Position numbers and translations under genes: made by a program
Source of the DNA: the human T2T-CHM13v2.0 reference genome, Homo sapiens
Assembly: GCF_009914755.1 (NCBI RefSeq)
Contig: NC_060934.1
Reading direction: 5' to 3' (one strand)
DNA length: 64,000 nt
Shown here: positions 26,781-39,666 of the stretch, in pieces
How positions within the stretch are numbered: position 1 is the stretch's first letter
Layout: each line of letters begins with the position of its first letter
The notes under the pieces: generated by a model
What the model saw: the letters and a program-made list of their open reading frames with translations, nothing else
What the model was told of the DNA's origin: nothing
The model's database searches: none

Positions 26781-29700
26781 AGGGGAGCTGACCAGAGATG
26801 CCTGGTGTTCATTTCCTCCACAAGAAAAGACCAACACAACGAATAAATAGCTAAGATTTGCCTGGAGAATAAAAGGGAGAGCACTGAGTATAGTGGGGGA
26901 GTAGAGAGAGACCTCTCTACTACTATATAATAATTCTCCAGTAATAGACCTTTATCATAAGGAAATATACCAAATGCTAGAAAAGGAATTCAAAATAATA
27001 ACCTGAAGGAGACTCAGTGGTATGTAAGAGAATATAGATAGGCAATTCAATGAAATCAGGAAAATGTTTCCTAATTTGAATGAGAAATTTAACAAAGAGA
27101 TAAAAGTCACAAGTCACAAAAAACTAAACAAATCCTAGAGTTGAATAATTCAATTAGGAAATAAAATATAAAATTGAGAGCTTCAACAATGGAGTAGACA
27201 AAGCAAAGATGGAATTTCTAAACTTGAAGACAAGTCTTTTGAAGTAACACAGATAAATAAAAATGTATAAAAAAGAATCAAGAAAGCCTACAAGATTTAT
27301 GGAACACAATTATACAAACAAATGTTCACATTAGGGGCACTCCTGAGGAAGAGGAGAAAGGAAAGTTCTAAAAAAACATATTTAATAAAACAATAGCTGA
27401 AAAATTCCCATTTTGTGGGTGAGATGGACATGCAGATACAGGAATTGCAAAGAACCCCAAATAGAGTCAGTCCAAACAGGTACTCTCCAAGGCACTGGGC
27501 TCCATTTCCATCTCCAGCAATGGAGACGGAGATTATAATTATAGTCTAATTATCAAAAGTCAAAGATAAAGACTTCTACAAATAGCAAGTGAAATGTATC
27601 AAGTCACATATAAGGAAATTCCCATTAGACTAACAGTGGATTTCTCACAGAAACCTCACAGACCAGGAGGGGCTGGAATGATATATTCAAAATATTGAAA
27701 GAAAAAAAAACTGGCAGCCGAGAACATTACATCCAGAAAAGCTATCCTTCAGAAATGAAGGAGAAATAAAATATTTTACAAACAAGCAAAAACTAAAAGA
27801 ATTCATTACCAAGAGACTGGCGTTAAGAGAAATGCTCAAGGGAGTCTTGCATCTGGAAGGAAAAGATGATAACCACCATTATGAAAACATGCAAAACTAC
27901 AAAATTCACTGGAAGAGCCAATACACAATGGAGAAAAAGAAAGGAATTAAACATTTTCACTATAGAAAACCATCCAATTGCAAAAACAAACAATAAAAGT
28001 AAAGGATGTACCAAAAAAAAGCAGAAAAGGAACCAAAAAATGACAAGAGTAAGTCCTCACCTATCAATAATTACCTTGAATTAAAACAAAATAAATTCAT
28101 TAAAAAATATAAACTGAGTGAATGTATAAAAAATCAAGACATAACTATATGCTACCTGCAAGAAACTCACCTCGCCTCTAAAGACACACATAGACTGAAA
28201 GTGAAGGGATGGTATTTCATGCAAATAGAAACCAAAAGTAAGCAGTAGTAGCTATACTTATATCACACAAAATACACTTCAAGTCAAAAGGTGTAAGTGA
28301 TAAGGAGACTGTATTCTAATAATAAACCAATCAATTCAGAAAAAGAATACAACAATTGTAAATATATGTGCATCCAACCTTGCATCACCCAGAGATATAC
28401 TGGGGTCTAGCTCACCCTTTAGAGTTATTGGGGTCTATTGAACTAAAGGGATAGATAGACTCCAATACAAAAATAGCTGGGACTTCAACACCCTGTTCTC
28501 AGCATTTGACAGATCATTTACATAGAAAATCAACAAAGAAACATCAGATTTAAACTACACCATAGATGAAATGGAACTAAAAGACATTTACAGAACATTT
28601 CACCCAACACCTGTAGAATACACATTCTTTTCACCAGCACATGGAACATTCTCTGGGATTCACCGTAGGTTAGGACAAGAAACAAGTTGCAAAAACTTTT
28701 TAAAAATTCAAAATAATATCAAGTATCCTGTTTAAGGACAATGAAACAAAACTAGATGCAAATAACAAGAGGAACACCTGAAACTATACAAATATATAGA
28801 AATTAAACATACAACCCAATGATGCATCTCAAGAAACTAGAAAAGCAAGAACATACCAAACCCCAGATTTGTAGAATAAATACCAGAGCAGAAATAAAAT
28901 TTAACTAAAAAATACAAATGATCAACAAAACAAAAAGTTGATTATTTGAAGTGATAAACAAAATTGACAAACCACTAGCTAGATGAAAAAAGGAAGTGAA
29001 AAGACCCAAATAAGTTGAAATAAAAAGAGCATACACCACAATGCATACCACAGAAATACAAAGGATTGTTAGAGACTACTATGAACAACTATGTGCCAAT
29101 AAATTCAAAAACCTAGAGGAAATAGATACATTCCTGGTTACATACAACCTATCAAGACTGAACCAAGAAGAAGGTGAAAACCTGAAAGACAATATAAGTA
29201 ATAAAATTGAATCAGTAATAAAAAGTCTTTCAAAAAAGAAAAGTCCAGGACTGGATGGCTTCACCACTGAATACTACCAAACCTTTAAATAATATCAAGT
29301 CTTCTCAAAGTAATCCAAGAAATGGAAACAAAGGGAACTCTTCCTAATTCATTCCATGAGGTAAGCATAACTCTGATGCCAAAACCAGACAAGGACACAA
29401 CACAAAAAGAAAATACAGGCAAATATTTTTGATGAACATAGACATAAAAATTCTCAAAATATTAGCAAAGTAAATGTAACAATACATCAAAAAGATAACA
29501 GATCATGATCAAATGAGATTTGTCCTAGGAATGCAAGAATGGTTCAACATATGCAAATCAATAAATGTGATATGTCACATCAACAAAATGAAAGACAAAA
29601 ACCATATGATTGCCTCAGTAGGTGCAGTAAAAGCATTTGGTAAAATTCAACATCCCTTCATAGTAAAAATTCTCCAATAGTTAGGTATAGAAGGAAGGTA

Positions 29701-31935
29701 ACTCAACACTATAAATGCCATATATGACAAACCCACATCCTGTAGTGACATCCTGTAGGAACTGGATGAAGAGAAGGATGCCCGGTCTTGCTACTTTATT
29801 CCACATAGTACTAGAAGTCCTAGCAAGAACATTAGATAAGGGAAAGAAATAATGGGCATCCAAATTAGAAAGTAAAAAGTCACATTGTTCCTGTTTGCAG
29901 ACAATATGATTTTATATATAGAAAATCCTAAAGACTACCAAAAGTCTTTTAGAATTGATGAATGAATTTAGTAAAGATAAAAAAATTAACATATAAAATC
30001 AGTAGCATTGCTATTCATGAACAACAAAATAGCTAAAAAAGAAATCAAGAAGATAATGCCATTTACAATAGCTACAAAAAATGAAATACCTAGGAATAAA
30101 TTTAACTAAGAACTGAAAGGCTTCTATGAGGAAAACTACAAAACACTGACAAAAAAATTAAAGAGGATAAAAACAAATGGAACAACATCTCATACTCATG
30201 GCTCCAAAAATATTGTTAAAATGACCGTAGTACCTAAAGCAGTCTACAAATTAAACATGATCCCTATCAAAATACCAATGACTTTCTTCACAGAATTAGA
30301 AAAGTCTTAAAATTTGTATAGGGCCAAAAAAAAAAAAAAAAAAGTGGAATAGCCAAAGCAATCCTGAGCAAAAGCACAGAGCTGACACTACAAGACTTCA
30401 AAATATACTACAAAGCTGTAGTAAACAAAACAGCAAGGTAATGGCATAAAAACAGATGCATAGGCCAACAGAGGAGGCTAGAGAATTGCAAAATTAATTC
30501 ACATATATAGAGCCAACTGAGTTTTGATAAAAGACACCAACAACACCTATTGGGGAAAGGAGAGTCATCAATACATCAAACTGGGAAAACTGAATATCCA
30601 TGTGCAGAAAAATGAGATGAGACCCCCATGTCTCATCCTATACAATAATTAACTCAAAATAGATCAAAGACCTAAAGGTAGGACCTGAAACTATTAGACT
30701 GCTAGATGAAAATATAGGTGAAACACTACAGGAAATTGGTCTGGTAAATATTTTATGAATAAGACCTCAAAGCATAGGCAAGGAAAGCAAAAGTAAACAA
30801 ATGAGATTACATCAAACTTAAAAGCTTCTGCATAGCAAAGGAAACAATGAACAGAGTGAAAAGACAACCTACAGAATAGGAAAAATATTTGAAAACTATG
30901 CATCTGACAGGGGATTAATATCCAGAATGTACAATGAACTCAAACATTTTAACAGCAAGAAGTAAACAATCCCATTAACAATGGGGAAATGATCTAAATA
31001 AACATTTCGCAAAAGAATATATACAAATGGCCAATCAATATATGAAAAAAATACTCAGCATCATTAATTATCAGGGAAATGCCAATGAAAATCATAATGA
31101 GCTATCATCTTATCCTAATTAAGATGGCAATTATCAAAAAGACTAAAAATAAATGCTGGTGAGGGTGCAGAGAAAGGGGGAATGTTTCTACACTGCTATT
31201 GGGAATGTAAACTAGTATAGCCACTTGGAGAACAGTATGGAGGTTTTAAAAAAAATCTACAAATAGAACTACCATATGATCAATAATCTCACTACTAGGA
31301 ATTTATCCAAAGGAAAGAAAATCAGTATATCAAAGAAACATCTGCAACATCATGTTTGTGGTGGCACTATTCATAATAGCCAAGATGTAGAATCAACCTA
31401 GATGTCCAACAACAAACGAATGGATAAAGAAAATGTGGGTTACATGCACAGTGGAATACTATTCGGCTATAGAAAAGAATGAAATTCTGTCATTCACTGC
31501 AACATGGGTAAAACTGGAGTTCACTTTGTTAAGTTAAATAAATCAAGCACAGAAAGACAAATATCACCTATTGTTATTCATATGCGGAAGCTAATAAAAG
31601 TTGAGATCAGAGAAGAAAAGATGATACTAGAGGCTGAAAAGGTGGGGGGAAGGGAATGAAAGGGAGAGATTTTTCAAAGCATTCAAAATTACAACACAAT
31701 AGCCGAAATAAGTTATAGTGTTCTATACCATTGTAAGATGACTATAGTTAACAATAATATATTAAATACTTTTAATTAGTTAAAAGGAAGATGTTGAATG
31801 TTCCCAACACAAAAAAATAAGTGTTTGATCATGATATGCAACTTACCTTGGTCTGATCACTATACATTATATGTATTGAAATATCCCTATGTACCTCATA
31901 AATACACACATCAATTTAAAAAATAAAAGGAAGAA
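26781..31935 (+). mobile_element. Near full-length L1MA1/2-type element with internal deletions
   Basis: 5' end remnant, ORF1 remnant (about 26930-27860), ORF2 remnants (ICYLQETHL; KKSPGLDGFTTEYYQTFK), L1MA-type 3'UTR and A-tail. Confidence 0.9.
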
Positions 31936-31946
31936 AACATTTCAAT

Positions 31947-34900
31947 ATTTTAACTTTTATTTCAGATTCAGCAGTGCATGTGCAGGTTATATAGGTAAAA
32001 TTGTGACTCACAGGTTTGGTGTACATAGTATTTCATACACCAAAACCCCCAGTCTGTTTTGTTCTGAACCTCTTACTTCTCCTACCCTTGACCCTCAAGT
32101 AGACCCCAGTGTCTGTTCTTCTCCAATTTCTGTCAATATGTTCTCATTATTTAGCTTCCACTTGTAAGTGAAAACGTGGTATTTGGTTTTCTGTTTCTTT
32201 GTTAGTTTGCTAAGGATAATGGCCACCAGTTCCATCCACGTCTCTGCAAAGAACATGATCTTGTTCATTTTATGGCTGCATAATATTCAATGGTGTATAT
32301 GTACCACATTTTCTTTATCTTGTTGACTGCTGATGGGCATTTAGGTTTATTCCATGTCTTTGCTATTGTGAATAGTGCTACAATGAATATACATGTGCAT
32401 GTGTCTTTATGGTAGAACAATTTATAATTCTTTGGGTATATACCCAGTAGTGGGATTGCCGTGTTGAATGCTAGTTCTGTTTTTAGTTATTTGAGGAATT
32501 GCCACACTGCTTTCCACGATGGTTGAACGAATTTACACTCTCACCAGCAGTTTATAAGCATTCCTTTCTTCTGCAACCTCACCAGCATGTTATTTTTTGA
32601 CTTTTTAATAATAGCCATTCTGACTGGTTAGAATGGTATCTCATTGTGATTTTGACTTGCATTTCTCTAATGATTATATTGAGCATTTAAAAAATATGGT
32701 TGTTGGCCACACTTATGCCTTCCTTTGAAAGGTGTCTGTTTATGTCCTTTGCCCATTTTTTTATTATAATTTAATTTCTTGGATACATATCCAGAATGTG
32801 TAGGTTTGTTACATAGGTATACATGTGCCATGGTGGTTTGATGCATCCATCAACCCGTCATCTAGGTTTTAAGCCCCGCATGTATTAGGTATCTGTCATA
32901 ATGCTCTCCCTCCCTTTGCCCCCTACCCCTCGACAGGCCCTGGTGTGTGATGTTCCCTTCCCTGTGTCCATGTGTTCTCATTGTTCAATTCCCAATTGTG
33001 AATGAGAACATGCAGTGTTTGGTTTTCTGTTCCTGTGTTAGTTTGCCAAGAATGATGGTCTCCAGGTTCATCCATGTCCCTGCAAAGGACATTAGTTCAT
33101 TCTTTTTTATAGCTGCATAGGATTCCATGCTGTATATGTGCCACATTTTCTTTATCCAGTCTATCATTGAGGGGCATTTGGGTTGGTTCCAAGTCTTTGC
33201 TATTATGAATACTGCTGCAATAAACATACGTGTGCATGTGTTTTTATAGAATGATTTATAATCCTTTGGTATATACCCAGTAATGGGATTGCTGGGTCAA
33301 ATGGTATTTCTGGTTCTAGATCCTTGAGGAATCGTCACACTGTCTTCCACAATGGTTGACCTAGTTGAGACTCCCAACAACAACATAAAAGCATTCCTAT
33401 GTCTCTACATCCTCTCCAGCAACTGTTGTTTCCTGACTTTTTAATGATTGCCATTCTAACTGGTGTGAGATGGTATCTCATTTTGGTTTTGATTTGCATT
33501 TCACTAACGACCAGTGATGACGAGCTTTTTTTTATATGTTTGTTGGGTGCATAAATGTCTTTTTCTGAGAAGCGTCTGTTCATGTCCTTCACCCACGTTC
33601 TGATGGGGTTTTTTTTTCTTGTAAATTTGTATAAGTTCCTTGTAGATTCCGGATATTAGACGTTCATCAGATGGATAGATTGCAAAATTTTTCTCCCATT
33701 CTGTAGGTTACCTGTTCACTCTGATAATAGTTTCTCTTGCTCTGCAGAAGCTCTTTAGTTTAATCAGATCCCATTTGTCAATTTTGGCTTTTGTTGCAAT
33801 TGCTTTTGTTGTTTTAGTCATGAAGCCTTTGCCAATGTATATGTCCTGAATGGTACTGTCTAGGTTTGCTTCTAGGGTTTTTATAGTTTTAGGTCTTACA
33901 TTTAAATCTTGAGTCTACCTTGGGTTAATTGCCAATGTCCTGAATGGTATTGCCTAGGTTTTCTTCTAGAGTTTTTATGGTTTTAGGTTTTACATTTAAG
34001 TCTTCAATCTGTCTTGAGTTAATTTTTGTATACGGTGTAAGGAAGGGGTCCAGTTTCAGTTTTCTGCATATGGCTATCCAGTTTTCCCAGCACCATTTAT
34101 TAAATAGGGAATCCTTTCCCCATTGCTTGTTTTTGTCAGATTTGTCAAAGATCAGATGGTTGTAGATGTGCGGTGTTATTTCTTGGGCCTCTGTTCTGTT
34201 CCATTGGTCTATACATCTGTTTTGGTAGCAGTACCATGATGTTTTGCTTACTCTTTCCTTGTAGTATAGTTTGAAGTCAGGGAGCGTGATGCCTCCAGCT
34301 TTGTTCTTTTTGCTTAGGATTGTGTTGGCTATATGGGCTCTTTTTTGGTTCCATATGAAATTTAAAGTAGTTTTCTCTAGTTCTGTGAAGAAAGTCAATG
34401 GTAGCTTGATGGGAATAGCATTGAATCTATAAATTACTTTGGACAGTATGGCCATTTTCACGATATTGATTCTTCCTATCTATGAGAATGGAATGTTTTT
34501 CCATTTGTCTGTGTCCTCTCTTATTTCCTTGAGCAGTGGTTTGTAGTTCTCCTTTAGGAGGTCCTTCACATCCCTTGTAAGTTGTATTCCTAGGTATTTT
34601 ATTCTCTTTGTAGCAATGATGAATGGGAGTTCACTCATGATTTGGCTCTCTGCTTGTCTATTATTGGTTTATAGGGATGCTTGTGATTTTTGCACATTGA
34701 TTTTGTATCCTGAGACTTTGCTGAAGTTGCTTATCATCTTAAGGAATTTTTGGGCTGATTTGATGGTGTTTTCTAAATATGCAATCAGGTCATCTGGAAA
34801 CAGAGACAATTTGACATCCTCTCTTCCTGTCTGAATACCCTCTCTTTCTTTCTCTTGCCTGATTGCCCTGGCCAGAACTTCCAATACTATGTTGAATAGG

Positions 34901-36159
34901 AGTGGCGAGAGAGGGCATCCTTGTCGTGTGCCGGTTTCCAAAGGGAATGCTTCCAGCTTTTGCCCATTCATATGATGTCGGCTATGGGTTTGTCATAAAT
35001 AGCTCTTATTATTGCGATATATTCCATAATACCTGGTTTATTGAGAGGTTTTAGCATAAAGTGTTGTTGAATTTTATCAAAGTCCTTTCTGCATTTATTG
35101 ACATAATCATGTACTTTTTGTCATTGGTTTCGTTTATGCGATGGATTACATTTATTGATTTGCATATGTTGAACCAGGCTTGCATCCCAGGGATGAAGCC
35201 GACTTGATTGTGGTGGATAATCTTTTTGATGTGCTGCTGGATTCGGTTTGCCAGTATTTTATTGAGGATTTTCACATCGATGTTCATCAGGGATATTGGC
35301 CTGAAATTTTCTTTTTTTGTTGCATCTCTGCCAGGTTTTGGTATCAGGATGCCGCCTGCCTCATAAAATGAATTAGGGAGGAGTCCCTCTTTTTCTATTG
35401 TTTGGAATAATTTCAGAAGGAATGGTACCAGCTCCTCTTTGTACCTCTGGTAGAATTTGGCTGTGAATCCATCTGTTCCTAGGCTTTTTTTGGTTGTTAG
35501 CTTTGCCCACTTTTTAATGGAGTTGTTTTTTTCTTGTATGTTTAATTTCCTTGTAGATTCTGGATATTAGAACTTTGTGAGATGTGTAGATTGCAAATAT
35601 TTTCTCCCATTCTATAGGTTACCTATTCTGTTGACAGTTTCTTTTGCTATACAGAAGCTCTTTAGTTTAATTAGCTCCCCTTTTTCAATTTTTGCTTTTG
35701 TTGCAATTGATTTAGACATTTTTTGTCATGAAATCTTTGCCAGTTCCTATCTCCAAAATGGTATTTCCTATGTTATCTCCCAAGATTTTTATAGTTTTAG
35801 GTCTTACATTTAGGTCTTTAATCCATCTTGGGTTGATTTTTTTTCATATAGTATAAGGAATGGGTTCACTTTCAGTCTTCTGCATATAGCTAACCAGTTA
35901 TCCCAGCACCATATATTGAACAGTGAGTCCATTTCCCATTGCTTGTTTTTGTCAGCTTTGTCAAAGATAAGATAGTTGTAAGTGTGGTTTTATTTCTCTG
36001 TTCTCTGTATTGTTCCATTGATCAATGTGTTTATTTTTGTATCAGTACCGTGCTGTTTTGGTTACAGACTTTGGTTGTAGCCTTGTAGTACAGTTTGAAG
36101 TCAGACAATGTGATTCTTCCAGCTTTATTCTTTTTGCTTAGGATTGCCTTGGCTATTCA
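31947..36159 (-). mobile_element. Older L1PA (PA13-16-like) 3' fragment split by L1PA8 (31947-32760 and 35501-36159)
   Basis: 3'UTR CCCTCAAGTAGACCCCAGTGTCTGTT; ORF2 sequence is continuous across the inner insertion. Confidence 0.85.
32761..35500 (-). mobile_element. 5'-truncated L1PA8-like element, 2.7 kb, nested
   Basis: 3'UTR TCATCTAGGTTTTAAGCCCCGCATG; TSD CTTTGCCCA(T/C)TTTT at 32747-32760 and 35501-35514. Confidence 0.92.
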
Positions 36160-37266
36160 AATAGCAATTATAAAATTGAACTGGGCAAATGTTAGAAGTT
36201 TCTTACTAAGACTCAGTCCCGCTTCTGCCCAGGAGGTAATTTGCATGGCTCTTGGCTATACTCTCTGGGCTCTTGGTTTCACTAAGTCATCCTTTCATTT
36301 TTATGAAAGGTAGCCTGTGTTTGCAGCTGAATAGTTTCTCCACAAGCATCTTGTTTATTTTTGGGTTGCTAAGGCTTCTTTTCATTTTGTACTGTCTCTG
36401 TTCCCTTCAGTCCAAGTTGGTGATGTTTCTGCATGTATAATTCTCTTGAAAGCTTTGTAGGTCTCCTGTGCATCTTTCTGGAGTTCACCCCATTAGACAA
36501 AAGCACATCTGTAGGTCTCTTCAAGATGACCACTTTTCTGCTTTGGACTTCTAGTGAGGGATAACACTCTTAATCTTCTTAGAGCTCTATTGTTTGATTT
36601 AAAGCATCTGAGAGTCACACTCTTGCAACCATAAGGGAGCTTTAAAAAGAAATCTGACCTAGTGACACTTTGAGGCACGACTTTTCATTTTTAGAAGGTC
36701 TTAACAAAGAATTTTATGCTCACACCCTCAGCTTCACTTTAAACCATGTTTTCTTGAGGATTTCCTAGATTTGATCTTTGCTCATGGCCATTTCTTAATT
36801 CTAGTATTAATCATCATCTGAAGAGGCTGGGAATCTTCGTAACTCACAAGTTCTAATTGTTTTTGTATAACATCCCTTTCTTTAGCAAATCACTCTTAGA
36901 TTTTACCATACATAGTATTTATGTGGCATTTTCATCATTTTGGCTGGAAATTTCCTTAGCTAGATCATCCAGGTCACTAGGTACCTTTTGTACCTTCCAC
37001 ATTACTTCTGGTGACTGTCGCTAAACTTTCTACCACTATATAATGAGACTCTTTTTTCCTCAAATTTCCAATAAGATTTTCCTCATTTCTTCTGAGCCCT
37101 CACCAACAACCTCTTCTAAGTTAAAAATTCAACAAACAGTCTGATTAAGGCAATTTAGATTTTCACCAATGCTCTCTTTAAAGGCCTTCATCCATCCAGG
37201 TGCTGCCCACTTCCTCTCCCACATTTTAGATTTTTGTTATGGTATATCCCATTTTTAGTGCCAAAC
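36160..37266 (-). mobile_element. MLT1 internal sequence, right piece
   Basis: ATGAAAGGTAGCCTGTGTTTGCAGCTGA...GGCTGGAAATTTCCTTAGCTAGATCATCCAG; abuts an MLT1 LTR. Confidence 0.65.
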
Positions 37267-37807
37267 TGTATTTTTTTTATTGCTGCCTAAAAAATTATTC
37301 CTAAACATAGTATATTAAAACAAAAAAAATTATCTTACATTATCAAGTCAGGAACCTGAGAACAGCTTATCTGGGTGATTCTGCCTCAGCATCTCTCACA
37401 ATGCTGCAGGTAAGCTACTGGTCAGAGTGGCAATCATTTCAAAGCTTAACAGCCTAGAAAATCTCGCTAAATTTACTCATATAGTTATTGGTAGCCCTCA
37501 GTTCCTCACTGACTCCTGGCTGGAGGGTGAATTCCTTGCTGACTTCCCCAGAGGGCTGCTGCTGACATTGCTGTCTATTTTCCCCAGAGCTCCCCTGTCT
37601 GCTATATAGGGATAGAGATGAAAGAGAATGCACCGAAGATATAAATCATAGTGTTTTATAATCCTACCTTTTACAATCATAGTGTTTTATAATCAATTCT
37701 GCCATATGCTTTTGGTTACCCAAACCAACCACGATACACTGTGAGTGAGAACTATATAAGGTTGTGCATACCAGGAGGTAAGGATCTTTGGGGAATAGAG
37801 CACCACA
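37267..37807 (-). mobile_element. MLT1 (F/G/H-like) LTR
   Basis: TGTATT...ATTGCTGCCTAAAAAATTATTCCTAAAC...GTCAGGAA...TCTGCCATAT...CATACCAGGAGG...CCACA. Confidence 0.75.
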
Positions 37808-38329
37808 ATGACTCAACTTTCTTAACACTGTTATTAAACAATTCATTGCTTCTCTATTGATTCTTAGTTATCCCTAGGATATAGAAAAATTTTATATGAT
37901 TTCTGGATTTTTTATTCTTTTCCATTTGTCTCATTTTATACTTGTGAACTTTTGATATGTTTTAGCTGAAAGAACATGAAGAAAGTAAATGGTTAAACAA
38001 TAGGTCTATAGTTCTGTCTCTCACAGAGGGATTTCCCTGGGAAAAAAAGAAGATAAGGCAATTCAGTCAAATCTCCTTGTAAATATACTAATGACAGATA
38101 TCCGGATAAATAACTAGTAATATTTGCTAGTGGGAGAGTTCAGCAGGATATACCATTATCTAAGATTATTTCTGGTAAACCAGCCTGGGATCTATGGATT
38201 TATGGAGCATAGCTTTCTGGAAAATTTCACATAAGCTGAGTAATTCACTATCAGATGAACAAATGTTTTATGCCAATTTGGCAAATAGATAATCAAATTT
38301 AGAGGCTTGCTCTGATTTAGTTTGTTTTT

Positions 38330-38950
38330 TCCTCCAAGAATATTTCATAGATGAGGTTGTCATCTTCCACAGGAGACACATAGTATGTGTTTGTCTCTCT
38401 TTTTGTCATATTAACAGCCATTGGCAATCAGTGTTAGATTAATTCCTTAGAAGCTGTAAAATGGTGGAATCCTATTATTCCTTCATTTATTAGCTATAAT
38501 AGAATACTATAAAGAGAAACTTCCCTTCATCTACTATTTGGCAATCCATTGGTATAGTTCTTATAGGAAAGGCAGGATAAATGCTTTAGTCTTTCCTTTA
38601 TTAATATGCAAAAGGTAAAGTTTGCTATCTTCAATGTTGACCTATTATAGTATTATGAAATCATACATTTAAACATGTCTTATGTATTTTAATACATCGT
38701 AGTTATTACTCTTATTGGTGTTGACATTGCATTATACTATATGTGGCAAGTGGAAACATCACTGAATTGGCTCTTGAGCCCTCTAGACATAATTCTAATA
38801 TTCTTTGATAGCTTCCTTATTATCAGGCATGACAACATATTCTAGGCTTATCTTGCACATTTCTGCCCAGATTGGAAAACAGCTATTTTTTAAGGATTCT
38901 TGGTTTCCTTTAGAGGGAACTGATGTTTACAACCAATGCTTTGAATGTTA
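38330..38950 (-). mobile_element. L1MC4/5-type 3'UTR fragment
   Basis: CAGGAGACACATA...AGGAAAGGCAGGATAAATGCT...TCTAGGCTTATCTTGCACATTTCTGCCC. Confidence 0.65.
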
Positions 38951-39132
38951 AGTTTCTTTATTTTTCTCCTAAAACTAATAAGCAATTTTATTCATAAGAT
39001 TGCAGGATACCAGGTTGATTTAAAAAAAAGTTTTCTTATATACCAGCAATGAACAACTTGAATTTGAAATTGAAATCATACCAATCACATTAGCTACAAA
39101 AAAGTATAAATTTTATGAAATGTGTCCAAGAT

Positions 39133-39666
39133 CTACATGAAGAAAACTACAAAACTCTGATCAAAGAAATACAAGAAAATCCAAATAAAAGATATTCCAT
39201 ATACAAGGACAGGAAGGGTGGAACCAAGATGGACAAATAGGAACAGCACCAGTCTACAGATCCCAGTGTGAGCGACGCAGAAGACTGGTGATTTCTGCAT
39301 TTCCAACTGAGGTACGGGGTTCATCTCAGTGGGGAGTGTTGAAAAGTGGGTGCAGGACAGTGGGTGCAGTGCACTGAGCATGAACTGAAGCAGGGTGAGG
39401 CATTGCCTCACCCAGGAAGTGCAAGGGGTCAGGGAATTCCCTTTCTTAGTCAAAGAAAGGGGTGACAGATGGCACCTGGAAAATCGGGTCACTCCCACCC
39501 TAACACTGCGCTTTTCCAATGGTCTTAGCAAATGGCACACCAGGAGATTATATCTCACATCTGGCTCGGGGGGTCCTATGCCCACTGAGCCTAGCTCACT
39601 GCTAGCACAGCAGTCTGAGATTAAACTGCAAGGTGGCAGTGAGGCTGGGGGAGGGGCGCCAGCCAT
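39133..39666 (-). CDS. L1 ORF0 homolog, open for 177 codons (translation unproven)
   Basis: Begins MAGAPPPASLPPCSLISDCCAS (ORF0 N-terminus) at ATG 39666-39664; no stop until 39133, beyond the L1 5' end. Confidence 0.45.
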   Translation of the reverse strand: MAGAPPPASLPPCSLISDCCASSELGSVGIGPPEPDVRYNLLVCHLLRPLEKRSVRVGVTRFSRCHLSPLSLTKKGNSLTPCTSWVRQCLTLLQFMLSALHPLSCTHFSTLPTEMNPVPQLEMQKSPVFCVAHTGICRLVLFLFVHLGSTLPVLVYGISFIWIFLYFFDQSFVVFFM

